Part shown: positions 18,378-30,519 of the stretch, one piece after another | Layout: every line of letters begins with the position of its first letter | Numbering within the stretch: the first letter of the stretch is position 1 | From: Heteronotia binoei | Lineage: Eukaryota | Reading direction: 5' to 3' | DNA: 64,000 nucleotides | Assembly (NCBI RefSeq): GCF_032191835.1 | Contig: NC_083242.1 | Coordinates: 1,302,001-1,366,000 of the forward strand | The notes under the pieces: generated by a model | Databases searched by the model: none | What the model saw: only the letters and a program-made list of their open reading frames with translations | What the model was told of the DNA's origin: nothing | Program-made: the position numbers and the translations under genes

Positions 18378-21300
18378 CTGGGAAGACAAGCAGAGAGAGG
18401 TTAGGAGGGCCAAACCAGCTGCTGGAGGGGGGGGGGGTGGTCACTGCAGCCTGCCTCTCTTGCTCACTCACTTGGTGGCTAATCTTAGCTTCTTCCCCCT
18501 CCAGCCTGCAATCCGGGGACAGGAACAACCTAGTCTGGAGGGCGAACGCAAGAGAAGCGAGGTTCTCCAGCCCAGCCTCCTGTTCGGCTGCTTGGAGCAG
18601 CACAAAGGGAAACGGTGCCATGGGGGGGGGGGCTCAGCTTCCTCCCAGCCCTCTAACTCTCTAAGGCCTTTCCCATGCGCTTATTGAGAAAAGCGGCCGT
18701 GGGGGTTTCTGCTTAAAGCCCCCAAGCGGCCCCCCTCCCTCTCCACGTTCAGTGTCCGTCATGCCCATTTCCCCTTCCTCACTCACCGGTGACAATGTAC
18801 TGGGAGTCGCCTGAAAAGGCACAGTCCCACATCCAGCCGCGGGAGGTCTCCCCAGGGTTATTGCTCTTGATGCTCAGCTCCGTCATCAGAGAGAAGTTGG
18901 ACGTTTTCCAGATCTTGCAGGTCTGGTCGGCAGAACATGTGGCCAGAAGCCTGCAGAAGAGGAAAGGAGGCAGGTGGGAGCAGAAGGCACGAAGGCTGTC
19001 ATGAGCACAAGCTGGTTTGCTTTCGAATGTCACGCTGCGTGCCCCCCCGCCCTAGGCCACCGTACAGCAAACCGGCTCTATAAACCACGCAGCATACCAG
19101 CGTCTATACTAAAAATTCTATATTTCATGTATTAATATGTGAGACAATGCTATTATTTCATACATCGCAATAAATTGTATTCATATTCCATACATAAACA
19201 GCTACGAACTGTGTCCTGTAAAAGGTACAATTCACCAGAAGGAACAAAACCTGCTTTAGCTGGTGAACTGCACCCTTTATGGGACACAGTTCATGGATGG
19301 AACATGAATGTAATTCGTTGCGATGTATGAAATAACAGAATTGTCTCACATCGATTTGTGAAATATAGGATTTTTGTTATAGACACTGGTGTGCTACACA
19401 AAGCCACTTTGGTATACTGTACTTTCGATTGGGTGCTATAGTTGAAGCTGCCTTCTACTGAATCAGACCCCTCTGGGTCCATCCAAGTCAGTATTGTCTA
19501 CTCAGACTGGCAGCGGCTCTTTCTCCAGGTTCTCAAGCTGAGGTTTTTCACACGTATCTGCCTGGACCCTTTTGAGTTGGACCTGGGACCTTCTGCTTAC
19601 CAAGCAGATGCTCTGCCACTGAGCCACTGTCCCTCCCCATCATGCATGATCTCGGCTTTATCTGGGAGCTTCCTGGCTCACAGATTCTCACCTTAGCTAC
19701 AGCCGGCATTTTCTGCATTCTGGATCGTTGGGGACCTTCTGCCAGGACATGAGCCAACCTTCCTGTGCTTAGCTTTGCCCACCCCCACCCCCAATGGTTA
19801 CACCCAGCAGAGTAAAGCAGCCAAGCTATTCCTTATGGCAGGGGTCCTCAAACTTTTTAAATAGGGGGCCAGTTCACTGTCCCTCAGACTGTTGGAGGGC
19901 CGGACTGCCGTTACTGTACAAGGCCGCGGGCCGTCAGTTCTCCGTCTTCTGCATCTCTCTCCCTTCCCCACACCACACACCCCAGCCTGGGAACTCACCT
20001 CGGTATCACCTCACACTCTGTCTCCGCCGCCTCAGCCCAGTGCCGGAAGTGTGCGTTGCTAACGCAAGTTTAGGTCGAACGTCACTTTCAGTCTGATTTT
20101 GCCATAACCTGGCGGGCCGCATAAACGTCCTCAGCGGGCCGCATCTGGCCCACGGGCCGTAGTTTGAGGACCCCTGGCTTAGGGTCTTTGTCTGCCAATC
20201 TTACCCAGGAATTCCTGCTAAGCACTGGAAGCCAGATTTTATAGCATCATTTCCCCCCAAAGCAGTAGGGTTAGATCAGGGCCTCCCAACGGACAGCCCA
20301 AAGATGTCTCTCCCCACCTTCCCAAGGAGAACAGAACTTCAGGCGTGCCAAAGTGCGGCCAGTGACGCTCTGAGGTCCACCTGCCCCCCCAGGCCTGAAG
20401 ATCTCCCTGGCGCTAGGGGTTAGTGAACGGAAAAGATGGTTTCCGAGGCCACTCACGTGGAGTCTGGGCTGAACTTGCACTGGAGGGCGTAACGGTTGTG
20501 GGCGGGAATCTTGGTCTTCGGGATCAGCTGGGTCACCTCGTCTCCGATGCCCCCCGTTAAATTCCACACGTAGCAATTGCCCTGCAAAGGATGAGGAGAG
20601 CAAAGCGACCGTTTCAGCCTAGCGCACTCTCTTCTCAGCCCTTCTGCAAGGCCTGGTTCCCCCACTGGACTCCCCCAAGCAGGGACCGGCTGCAAAGCGT
20701 GAGGCGGACCTCCCAGGATCACGCAGGCGTTTGCTTACTGAGCTGTTGACGGCCGCCATGTAGCTGGCATCAGGGTCGATGTGAACAGAGTTGACCGAGA
20801 CTTCCGGCTCTGGAATGAGCTGCTCATTGTGGTCGGTTTTCAGGTCCCAGATGTGAATTGCTCCGCTCTGATCCCCCACGATAAGTTCTGCCTGACAGGG
20901 AAGGGAGGGGACAAATCAAGGGCCTGTTCTGTCCGGCACAGGTCCTGAGAAGGGCAGGGCTGGGGAGAGCTCAGAATACCTGATTGGGGTGCAGACAGAC
21001 GCAGTTGATGGGCGCGTTCACTTGGAAGATACGCTGGCACTGGAGGTTGCGTGACCTGGAAGGGGAACATACATGGATGGTGATTCGGGGTGGGGGGGGG
21101 CAATCGCCTTCACCTCTGCTTGACTCCTTTTGCTCCAGGGAGCTCCAAAGCTTCCCGCAGCCCCACAGGCACGCCTCCTGCCCAAGCCACCCATCCTGTG
21201 CTATTCTGAAACCACTCCCAGGAGACCGTCCAGACAGACCATACCCTAGATTTGACGGCCCTTCATAAAAACATGAGGCCCTGTGGTGCAGAGTGGGAAA

Positions 21301-24300
21301 GCAGCAGTACTGCAGTACTGTGGTCTGAACTCTCTGCTCACGACCTGAGTTCGATCCCAGCGAAAGCTGGTTCAGGTAGCCGGCCCAAGGTTGACTCAGC
21401 CTTCCATCCTTCCGAGGTGGGTCAAATGAGTTCCCAGCTTGCTGGGGGGAAAGTGTAGAGGACTGGGGAAGGCAATGGCAAACCACCCCGTAAAAAGTCT
21501 GCCGTGAAAACGTTGTGAAAGCAACATCACCCCGGAGTCGGAAACGACTGGTGCTTGCACAGGGGACTTTTCCTTTCCATTAAAAAAAGGAAACTAGGCA
21601 GGATAAGAGGGACCTTCTAAAAAACACTCGGATCTGGGGCTTTTCTAGGTTAGCCTTTCGCAGAACGACAAAAGTTGTCTGTCTTCTCTACTGTAGCCTT
21701 TTCTTCTTCATCCTTTTGACTTTTTAAAATTAAAACACATGCCCAGCAAGAGCAAAAAGCTTGCTTTGCAAAGAAAACAGAATTCAGGCAGCCAGATCCG
21801 AAACACCAAAAAGAGAAAACGGCAGCAGTAATCTAAACTCTCTTGCAAGGAAGTAAATCCGCCCGAACTCTCTGGGGCCGACTTCTGAACAAACATACTG
21901 AAAAGCGATAGATCCAAGTAGGCAGCCGTGTCAGTCTGAAGCAGCAGAACAAACCAGGAGTCAAGTTGCACCTTTAAGAATAAAACTTTGTTGGTCTTAA
22001 ATGTGGACTTGACTCCTACTTTGTTATACTGAAAAGTGAGTTTGCCACGTCCCCGTGTCGGTGCTGGGATGTCTCACCTAGTCTCTTTCAGGTGCTTAGA
22101 GGGCAAAGGCATCCAGGCCTGACTGAAGTTACCCTTGGCCTTTTGTGAAGACCGCTAGATGGCTCTCTGATGGAAAGGTCCCCTGCATCACGACTCAATG
22201 CTGGCTTGGGGAGAGCGGCCTGGGACCCCCCGGGTTTGTGCCACAGACCTGTCCAAGGCCTGAAAAGCCCCCCTCCCCGCTCTTGGCCAAAGTGAGACAC
22301 CTGAGGTCCCAGATGCGAGCCATGCAGTCTTCGCCCCCTGTGTACATCCAGCGGCCATCTTCGTGGAACCCCACAGACGTTATGTTCTTGCTCACTCCAT
22401 CGTAGTTGATCACCGGGTTTGGGTTGTTGGAATTCAAGTCGTACATCCGAATGTGCTGGTAGCCTGGAGGGAAGAAAGATGTGGACGAAAGGTCTCTGCG
22501 CCTGTTAGAACCCTTGGGACAACCAGACCAAATCTTGTGGCACGTGAAAGGAATTCAGAGTGGCAGAAACTTTTCTGGCCACAAAGTCTTATTTAGGACT
22601 TGCTAAGTTTCATATCTTTTATTTTCTTTTTTATACACAATGTGGATGTTATGTTTTTGTCCAATACAGTTTACAGCTTATTTCATCCTTTTACTTAGCT
22701 GTAAATATTATTTACTGCGCTGCAATGTTATTTACATCCTTGTTCCTTTGCATTCTTGCTTGGTTTTTTTTGTATTGGAAAACTCCAATAAAATGTTAAT
22801 TACTAGAACATGTACGATGTTTCCTGCTTTATGCTTGGGGCTCATCTTTTAATAATTCTATTATTCCATTCTGTGCTGATCTTTGCTGTGAGACTCTGGG
22901 CTGAAGGACTGGCTAAAATTCCTCTGAACCAAGAGTGGTCAACGCTCTGGAATCTGACGCATGGGCTGGTCTCCATCTAACCATCTGCATTTGCTCCATT
23001 CCCCCCCCCCCGCCTTGCCTGCTTTGATGAATTTTTAGCACCACGGTTTCAGCCAGCTTTTAAAGCCCTTTTAAGCGATTGATCTACCAGCTCTTGTGCT
23101 GTTTTTCCTCTGCTGAACGTGGCATTTTAGCACAGATGCTTGTTTTATTTTGTATTGATGTTTTAAAACGTTGGAAAGGAACAAAAAGATTGATTGCTTT
23201 AAAAGCCTGCGAGAATAATGGAAGTAGCAAAACATTGGGGGGGGGGGGTGGTTGGGGGCACGAAAACAAACGAATAAAAAGGAATTACATTATGCGAGAC
23301 TGAAAAATCAGGAAAGGTGATTGCCTTGCGTGGAGTCAGCAAGGGCTAGTCTCCTGGGCCACAACAGCAAGAGACAGGAACGCCTCTAGGTCTCTGTCTG
23401 TTTTTAAGGTCTTCCCAGTCGGACACCGGCTGGAAAGAGGGGGAGCCAGTATCCAATTTTGAAAGCAGGCAGAGACCCAGACATGACCACAAAGTCTGCC
23501 TGATCTAGTGAACTGGGCCACAACCTCCTGCCACAAGGAGGAAGAGGAGGAGACTGGATTTATACCCCACTCTTTACTCGGAGTCTCAGAGCGGCTTACA
23601 ATCTCCTTTTCCTTCCCTTCCCCACAACAGAAACCCTGTGAGGCAGATGGGGCTGAGAGAGCTCTTTCAAGAACTGCTTTTGAGAGAATACCTCTGCTGA
23701 GAAATTGTGGCTGACCCCAGGTCACACCTGCAGCTGGCCCTGGACCACCATATGTATTATATACCCTACCCCCAAATAACACAGTACCTAAGCCCCAGAT
23801 TCTGTCAGCTGTTCTGGTAGCCTGTGTGTCCTCTAACAACTGTTCAAGCTCCAATGTTTTAGGGGCACCAATGTTTTAGGAGGAAGCTCTAGCCATGGAA
23901 TTAAAATAGGGTGTTTCTTGGGCTTTGGGACCCCTCTGTCCAGGTCTTCCTTTCCCACCTCCAAGAATCCTGGGACTGCACTACTGGATGGAGGAGACCA
24001 CCCCCCCAGTGCCCACCCTGAAAGCCTTAATGGAGGTAGTGTCCCCCCCCCCATGTCCGGCACCCCGTTCCTACCTGCAGCGGCTACCATGCTACGGTCC
24101 GGTGTGATCTCCAGGGCATTCACCTGCTAGTCGCACTGGTCAAGGAAGAGTTGGTCACCAATGGCTAAAACAAGGCTGGCAAAACTGGGCAAACCTCCCC
24201 TCTCCTGGCCCAGTTTTGCCCATCCGAAGGATACAGAGTCCTGGTGCTGGACAGTCCTGGTGCATATCCCACTGTGGGCCTGCCAGAACCGGACGGTGTG

Positions 24301-24363
24301 GTCGTAGCCGGCGGTGGCCAGGATCACCGGGTCGCTGCCCACTGTGCCCTGGGCCGTGTTCAT
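18259..24363 (-). CDS. MLST8: Target of rapamycin complex subunit LST8 (WD40), complete, 326 aa
   Basis: Exons 24235-24363, 24075-24126, 22301-22463, 20980-21055, 20739-20891, 20457-20581, 18787-18950, 18259-18377 (981 nt); near-identical to recalled human MLST8 ([20 protein letters not shown]...LAFNDSVLG*). Confidence 0.98.
18787..18950 (-). CDS. MLST8: MLST8 coding exon 7
   Basis: [14 protein letters not shown]...GDSQYIVT; AG/GT bounded. Confidence 0.97.
19091..19395. repeat. AT-rich ~305-bp imperfect palindrome (MITE-like)
   Basis: Arms ~19091-19240 and ~19260-19395 are reverse complements. Confidence 0.75.
19440..19640 (-). mobile_element. tRNA(Ala)-like SINE with CR1-like 3' part
   Basis: - strand ggctcagtggcagagcatctgcttggtaagcagaaggtcccagg; second copy at 61518-61725. 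Confidence 0.65.
19839..20176. mobile_element. Non-autonomous hAT (Charlie-type) MITE
   Basis: Perfect 16-bp TIR CAGGGGTCCTCAAACT; degenerate 8-bp TSD ccttatgg/gcttaggg with central TA. Confidence 0.85.
20457..20581 (-). CDS. MLST8: MLST8 coding exon 6
   Basis: [41 protein letters not shown]. Confidence 0.97.
20739..20891 (-). CDS. MLST8: MLST8 coding exon 5
   Basis: [21 protein letters not shown]...MAAVNSS. Confidence 0.97.
20980..21055 (-). CDS. MLST8: MLST8 coding exon 4
   Basis: [25 protein letters not shown]. Confidence 0.97.
21275..21579 (+). mobile_element. Sauria-type tRNA/RTE-tail SINE
   Basis: Full head-to-tail copy ending gcttgcacaggggacttttcctttcc. Confidence 0.8.
21918..22032. 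mobile_element. Collapsed Penelope-like palindrome
   Basis: gagtcaagttgcacctttaaga...tcttaaatgtggacttgactc. Confidence 0.6.
22301..22463 (-). CDS. MLST8: MLST8 coding exon 3
   Basis: [17 protein letters not shown]...ARIWDL. Confidence 0.97.
24075..24126 (-). CDS. MLST8: MLST8 coding exon 2
   Basis: [17 protein letters not shown], 52 nt. Confidence 0.96.
24235..24363 (-). CDS. MLST8: MLST8 coding exon 1
   Basis: [22 protein letters not shown]...QHQDS; acceptor 11 nt upstream of ATG (exon starts 24374). Confidence 0.97.
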
Positions 24364-24634
24364 GGCTCACTTTTCTAAGGCAAGAGGAGGGCAGAGTTTC
24401 GGTCCCTCCCTGACGTCCACGGTTTGTACTTGTATGACAGGAGAAGCGGGCATGCTGGTGCTGAAGGAAAAGCCACCCCTCCCCCTTTTTCTGGGTCTGT
24501 GGAAGTCTTTGGAGTGAATCAGCATCACCCAGTGCCTTGTGGGGGAGGGGGTAGAGCCAAGCCTCACCAGTGCCCTGGATTCACTCTGGGACCCCAGGCT
24601 GTTCCCACCTACAAAATGGGAGTAACTGGGACCT

Positions 24635-25392
24635 CAGTGGAAGAGGCTTCCTCCTCGGGAGGTCGTGGGCTCTCCTTCCTTGGAGGTTTTTCAACAGAGG
24701 CTAGATGGCCATCTGACAGCAATGAAGATCCTGTGAATTTAGGGGGAGGTGTTTGTGAGTTTAGAGTGGTTCCTCAGTGGAACAGGCTTCCTCCTTGGGA
24801 GGTGGTGGGCTCTCCTTCCTTGGAGGTTTTTCAACAGAGGCTAGATGGCCATCTGACAGCAATGAAGATCCTGTGAATTTAGGGGGAGGGGTTTGTGAAT
24901 TTAGAGCAGTTCCTCAGTGGAACAGGCTTCCTCCTCGGGAGGTGGTGGGCTCTCCTTCCTTGGAGGTTTTTCAACAGAGGCTAGATGGCCATCTGACAGC
25001 AATGAAGATCCTGTGAATTTAGGGGGAGGTGTTTGTGAGTTTAGAGTGGTTCCTCAGTGGAACAGGCTTCCTCCTTGGGAGGTGGTGGGCTCTCCTTCCT
25101 TGGAGGTTTTTCAACAGAGGCTAGATGGCCATCTGACAGCAATGAAGATCCTGTGAATTTAGGGGGAGGGGTTTGTGAATTTAGAGCAGTTCCTCAGTGG
25201 AACAGGCTTCCTCCTCGGGAGGTGGTGGGCTCTCCTTCCTTGGAGGTTTTTCAACAGAGGCTAGATGGCCATCTGACAGCAATGAGGATCCTGTGAACTT
25301 AGAGGGAGGTGTTTGTGAGTTTCCTGCATTGTGCATGGGGTTGGACTACATGACCCTGGAGGTCCCTCCCAACTCTTATGATTCTATGATTC
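24635..25392 (+). mobile_element. CR1 3' end containing five tandem 140-bp units
   Basis: Units at ~24637,24778,24918,25058,25198; ends attctatgattct. Confidence 0.85.
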
Positions 25393-26098
25393 TGCTTCAC
25401 AGGGTTATTGTAAACATAAACAGGGCCCAGGCTGAATACAAAGCCTTTTGCTCTCCTAGACATGTCATGCTGCCAAGTCCCACTGAACCCCATGTCAGTG
25501 GAAAGAGGGCAACTGCAGAGGGGGGCTATCAGGAAACAAATCAAACGGGGGGGGGGAGCTTTTAACCCTGGTTGTTGGGAGGGGGTGGGTGTGGAGCTTT
25601 GTGCTGCGTTTTTAAATTAATCTACACAGACATAAACCTGCTCCCTAAAACGCACACAAATCTGGAATGAACAGAGGAGAGAATGCAAACTTGGAGCTGC
25701 TACTAAAACACCAGAAAAAGACATTTCTTTTTAGGAACTCCAGCATCTGTTGTAGGAGGGGGAGACAAACCGAGGAAGGCACCCAAGATCCCCCCGACCG
25801 GGGTGGGCGCCTGCACCCCCAAACAGATGCAAGCAAGAGAAAGAGATCTGACTTTCCAAAGCAAGATCCAACAGCAGCACTGCCCAGCGGGCACAAAAAG
25901 CCATGCAAAGTATCACAGCAGCAGCAAAAGCAACATTGTTTGGTTTTTTGCTGTAAAGACAGGCAGATGCATAATTCCCTTCTCAATTGGGGGGGGGGGG
26001 GTAGGCAGAGCCCTCTCCCACTGTAATTGGGAGGGGGGTTTCCCTAATTTGGGGGAAGGGCGAGGACAGCCAATGGGAAGGCCAGAGAGCCCACTTAC

Positions 26099-26310
26099 CT
26101 TCAAACACAGGGAAGAGAGCAACTAGGCGCATGCGCATTCCAGCCTGGGGGGGGGAGCTCATCGCGCGCTTGCGCCCTTCGATTCCTCTGCAGATCTTGC
26201 CCGTCTGGGGTCTCATTCTCTGCTCTCCGCGCGGAGCGAAACCGCCACAGCGCCCCCTGCCCGTCAGGAGGAGGGAGAGGGCGCCGGTCAAACGGAAGCA
26301 TGCGCAGCGC
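26099..26310 (-). promoter_or_regulatory. MLST8 promoter and non-coding first exon
   Basis: - strand donor AAG|gtaagt at 26099/26098; NRF1 GCGCATGCGC 26127-26136; ETS CGGAAG 26293 fused to GCATGCGCA. Confidence 0.7.
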
Positions 26311-26354
26311 GTCCTGGCTCTTTTCCCTTTGCTAATTCTTATCCTGTAGGCAGA

Positions 26355-27080
26355 GCCAAATAGGCAGCCGTGTTGGTCTGAAGTAGTAGAGCAAAATAGG
26401 AGTCAATTGCACCTTTAAGACCAACTTAGTTTTATTCAGAACGTACGCTTTCGTGTGCATGCACACGAAAGCTTACGTTCTGAATAAAACTCTCTCTCTC
26501 TCTCGGCTTCGCGAACGAAGATTTAAGAAGGGTGCAATAGTCCACGTCTGCTGCAGGCTCGCTGGTGGCTGACAAGACCAATGTGGGACAGGCAGGTCCG
26601 GCCACAGCGGCTGCAGGGAAAAGTCTGATTTGGGGTTGGTGCTGTAGCAGTGCGATTCTTCCTCAATCTCCTTTTGTCCTCAAGACCAGCTATGCGTGCG
26701 TTCTCAAAGGAAGAGACAGCCTGGTGGATGGTGTGCCTCCATGCTTTGCGATCTGAGGCTAGGTCAGACCACTGGTGATGGTTGATGCGACAGGTGCCAA
26801 GGGATTTCTTCAAGGAGTTGCATCATCTCCTCAGATGCCAAGATCGACAAGGAGATTGACAACAGGCTGACAAAGGCAAACCGTGCATTTGGCCGACTGC
26901 ACAAAAGAGTGTGGAGCAACAAGCATCTGAATAAAACTAAGTTGGTTTTAAAGATGCAATTGACTCCTATTTTGTTGATCTTAAAGGTGCAATTGACTCC
27001 TATTTTGCATGCACACGAAAGCTTACGTTCTGAATAAAACTAAGTTGGTCTTAAAGGTACAATTGACTCCTATTTTGTTC
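26355..27080. mobile_element. Penelope-like palindrome (loopless centre gtgtgca|tgcacac at 26453-26466) interrupted by an RTE LINE
   Basis: Inverted ggagtcaattgcacctttaagaccaacttagttttattcagaac arms. Confidence 0.75.
26492..26926 (-). mobile_element. 5'-truncated RTE-clade LINE with inverted 5' segment
   Basis: - strand ORF end FPCSRCGRTCLSHIGLVSHQRAC, (GA)n tail; + strand 26819-26926 reads CIISSDAKIDKEIDNRLTKANRAFGRLHKRVW; TSD CTGAATAAAACT. Confidence 0.85.
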
Positions 27081-27439
27081 TAATCTTTATCCTGGTGAGA
27101 ATCGCATTCAAGGCAATTAAAGGCCTGTCGCTAGATGGCGGAGCGGAGCCCGCGGTTGAAACAGCGGAGGGCGTCAGAAATGGAATCTCGGGTGGGCTGA
27201 TGGTCAGAACTCTCGGGGACAGTTTGTAGTTTAGGAGGAGTTTTATCGTATTTGCAAATCGCAACGTGCAAAGATGAAAACCTGCAAAGGGAGGGGCGGG
27301 CGAGCAAAAGGGAATCAAAATGCCCCTGGCCCCAGAGAGGGAGGGAGGGGGGTCCACAGGGCCAGATTAACAACAAGGCCAACTAGGCACTGCCCTATGG
27401 CCCCCCCCTTTTAAGGGCCCGCCCCCCCCCGTCTGCTTG

Positions 27440-28200
27440 CAGCCCTCCCAGCCTGCACGCCCAGCCAGCCACAGAGCCGCTCTTGGCCCCACTTGCTTGG
27501 TGCGGCGGCCGCTGCTGGCGGCGTTGCCGAGTTGGCCTCTCTCTGCTTCGCCCAAGGGGGCTTGGAGGAGGGGGCTGCAGCGGGGCGGCCCCTCGGCCTC
27601 GGAGCTCATCTGCAAGAATTGCGCTGCCCGGGCTGGGGCCTCCGTAGGGTTCAGCCCGGCTGTTCCCGGAGCGGGAGGGCCTGTTGCGGGGCGCCTCCAG
27701 GGCCGGGGGCGCTCCACCTGCAGCGGGGATGCCGAAGCCCGCCCGCCCGCCCGCCCGCCCTCCGCTTCTTGCCTAGCGGCGACCTTTGCATTGCAGCGGC
27801 CGAGGCGGCGCTCGGCTCCACTCCGCGTCGCCCTCCTCCCGGGCCGGGGCTGCCGCCTAGGGCGGGGCGGGGCGGGCGCCGCAGAGCCCGCGAGAGCGAA
27901 AGGGGCGGGGCGGCTGCTGCTGCTGTCAGGCGAGGCGCACCTGGGCCGGCCAGGTAGGCGCAGCAGCCGCCGCCGCGACGGGGGGGGGGCTGGCCGGGGG
28001 GGGGAGGAGATGCCGGGGCGGGGGGGCGTGGCCGGGCAGGGAGGGGCAGCGGGGGGGGCGGTGGCTGCAGAAGGCGCCCGGCTGCTGGAAGAAGGAGGGT
28101 GCTGGGCGCAGGTGAGTGGGCGGCGGGGGGTGGAGAGCATCTCAGCTGCGGGGGGGATCTCCGAGCTGTGCCCAGCCGCCCCCCCCCCCCGAGTCCAGGT
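27440..28200 (+). promoter_or_regulatory. CpG island; probable promoter and non-coding first exon(s) of the HEXD-like gene
   Basis: GC/CpG-rich, GC boxes, + strand donors CAG|gtaggc (27953) and CAG|gtgagt (28111); linkage to the HEXD-like gene is inferred. Confidence 0.6.
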
Positions 28201-30519
28201 CCAGCTCCCTTTGCCTTCTCCCCTGGAGATGGGCGGTGTTGGGGGGGGGGCGCTTAGGTCTTTTGAAAATTATGGACGTGAGAATCTGAAGATTTGGAAT
28301 CAAAAGGGTTTATTTGGAGGGGGGGGGATTAAGGGAATTTTTGGTTCCTATTCCAAAGGCCAGTCCTATGTCTTGTTACATTTCTGTCTCACCTTTCTGC
28401 CATGGAACGTGGCATGCCTACATGGATCCCCCCCACACACACATTTTGCCCCGCGACAACCTTTTTGAGGAAGATTAGACTGTGCTCCCTTCTTTTCCAT
28501 GTAGGCGTCCCCTGGTGCTAAAACAGAAGGGTGTTTTCCCCTGGGGTGATGCAGGGGGGGGGGAAGACTTGGTCTGCAATATTCCAGAAAAGGGTGACCT
28601 CCGCACCCCCTCTAGCAAGACCAGCTGGGGTGGCCAGGTGTCTCTGGGCCTGTGCCCCACAAGCCGAGAGAAAGTCTTGGTTGCAAAGGGCAAGCAGCGT
28701 CAAATTGGTTTCACTGTCCTGTCCCCTCCCACAAGATGCTGCCCTGCTGTAAGGGGGGAGGGGAGGGCGGAGGAACAATGGACCTTAGGCCTCTGGCTGG
28801 GGTCCCGGGTTCTGGAGGCAATCTTGCCCTCTCACCGCTAAACCCAAATCACGCCAGCCAAGAACTGTGGAATAGATGCATTCGCTTTTGGAGTGGCATG
28901 GACGTTCTTCGTGTGAGGTATTTGTTGTGGGTGCAGAGTGCATGTGTGTGTGTGCAGCTGTGTGTTTGCAGAATGCAAAACGGTAGCTGGACCCGGACTT
29001 CTGTGGCCACGGGCTGTCCGGAGAGGGCCCCAGATAAAGAATTCCCTTTCCAAGCCGATCTTTAATCTCCAATGTTTGCGAACTCGGCGAGATCAGCCCT
29101 GCTGGCTTCTGTGCGTAACGGATTTGGCCAGCCTGCAGCTCGCTCTGGGTTCGGGAGACGCCCCAAATGTCAACACTTTGCTTTTTGAGCCTTTATTTTT
29201 GTCCTGGGGGAGAACTCAAAAGGACGAAGCCAGCTGGATGTCCCTCCGGTGGCCCACAGAACAGAGCACCGTCTTCTCTGGCCGATGAGAGGCAAGCTTT
29301 GGGGGTGACTTCTGGGCAGGTGGGTGCAGCAAACCTGGCTTCTGGCAGAGTCACAGACACAGGCCCTCCCTCCCTCTGCAGGTGGACGGGGCCTCCAGCC
29401 AGACTCATGAAGCTGGGAAAGGCAGCTGTGCACAGAGCAGTCTGGCTCGGCTTGCGGATAAACGACATCTGCCCATCTCTGGGACACTGGCCTGTTACTC
29501 AGCCACCTGACCTTGTTCCTGAGCTTATTGCTGCATCCCATAATAAGAGGGAAGCCAGCTGGGGCAGGGGGTTAGGTAGAATCTGTTTTCCCTGCTGAGT
29601 TCCGCTGTGCTGTGTAAAAAGATGTCACTGAACCATTTCCAAAGCATGTGCCCTTTGCTTCCAGTCTAGTAGCCACAACCAAGGTTTCCCCGTTCATTTG
29701 GCCTTGGGGGAAGAGGTAAGGCTTTCCTGCAGGTGGGGTCTCCCCAGGGTTCCCAACCATGGTGGGCCAGTGGCCTTACACCAGAGGTAGCCTTTAGATG
29801 CCTTTTGCATAGCAGAAAAGCAGCAAATGAATGATCGTGTTTACTATTCAAGAGACAATTGGTCTCCGACGTTGCAAGATGCTGCTAAAAAAAAAGGCCT
29901 CCTTTGGGTGTTCCTTGGCTTTGGGGGTCCAGGTTTACGAGAGCTGCCTGGGTGGTCTTCAGAGGGAGGGGGTTCGTGTCCTTTGGATTCCTTAACATCT
30001 GCTGGTCTCGATATGTGTGTACTAGTAAGATCTTTTTCTTTTTTTTCTATGTCAAGTAATTGTTGGAAAATATTGATGATTTAATAAATTTTGGAAAACT
30101 AAAAAAAAAAAAAAACATCTGCTGGTCTTGATGCAGCTTCTGTCTGCAAAGATGCTGTGCTAATGGGCTTTAGAGGCATTTTGCGGTTTCCACACAGAAG
30201 CAGAGACCCAGAGAGGACTGAGAAACTGATTTCTTGCTGGCAGTCCCCGTTGATAGCTCCCACTGCAGCCCCTCTCAGCTGGAGCCCCCACTGGACCCAT
30301 AAGAGACAGGAGTAGTTCTTTCCACCATACATTGAATCCTGCCCTCTGCTAAAGCCATCTAAGCCAGTAGCTGTGCTGTCACCATGTCTGGTGGCAAGGA
30401 GTTCCACATGCCAGCTGTGAAGAACAGGGCTTCTTTGGTCTCTCTTGAGCCTGCAAAGAGGGTGGCTTAATCCGCTGGCCTTTCTCTGTTTAAGGGATGG
30501 TGTTTTTGTATATTTGTTT

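Noticed and set aside
27367-28468. 343-aa and 257-aa Arg/Gly/Pro-rich ORFs
   Set aside because: CpG-island artefacts with no recognisable domain; not CASKIN1 exon 1 (no MGKEQEL-like start)
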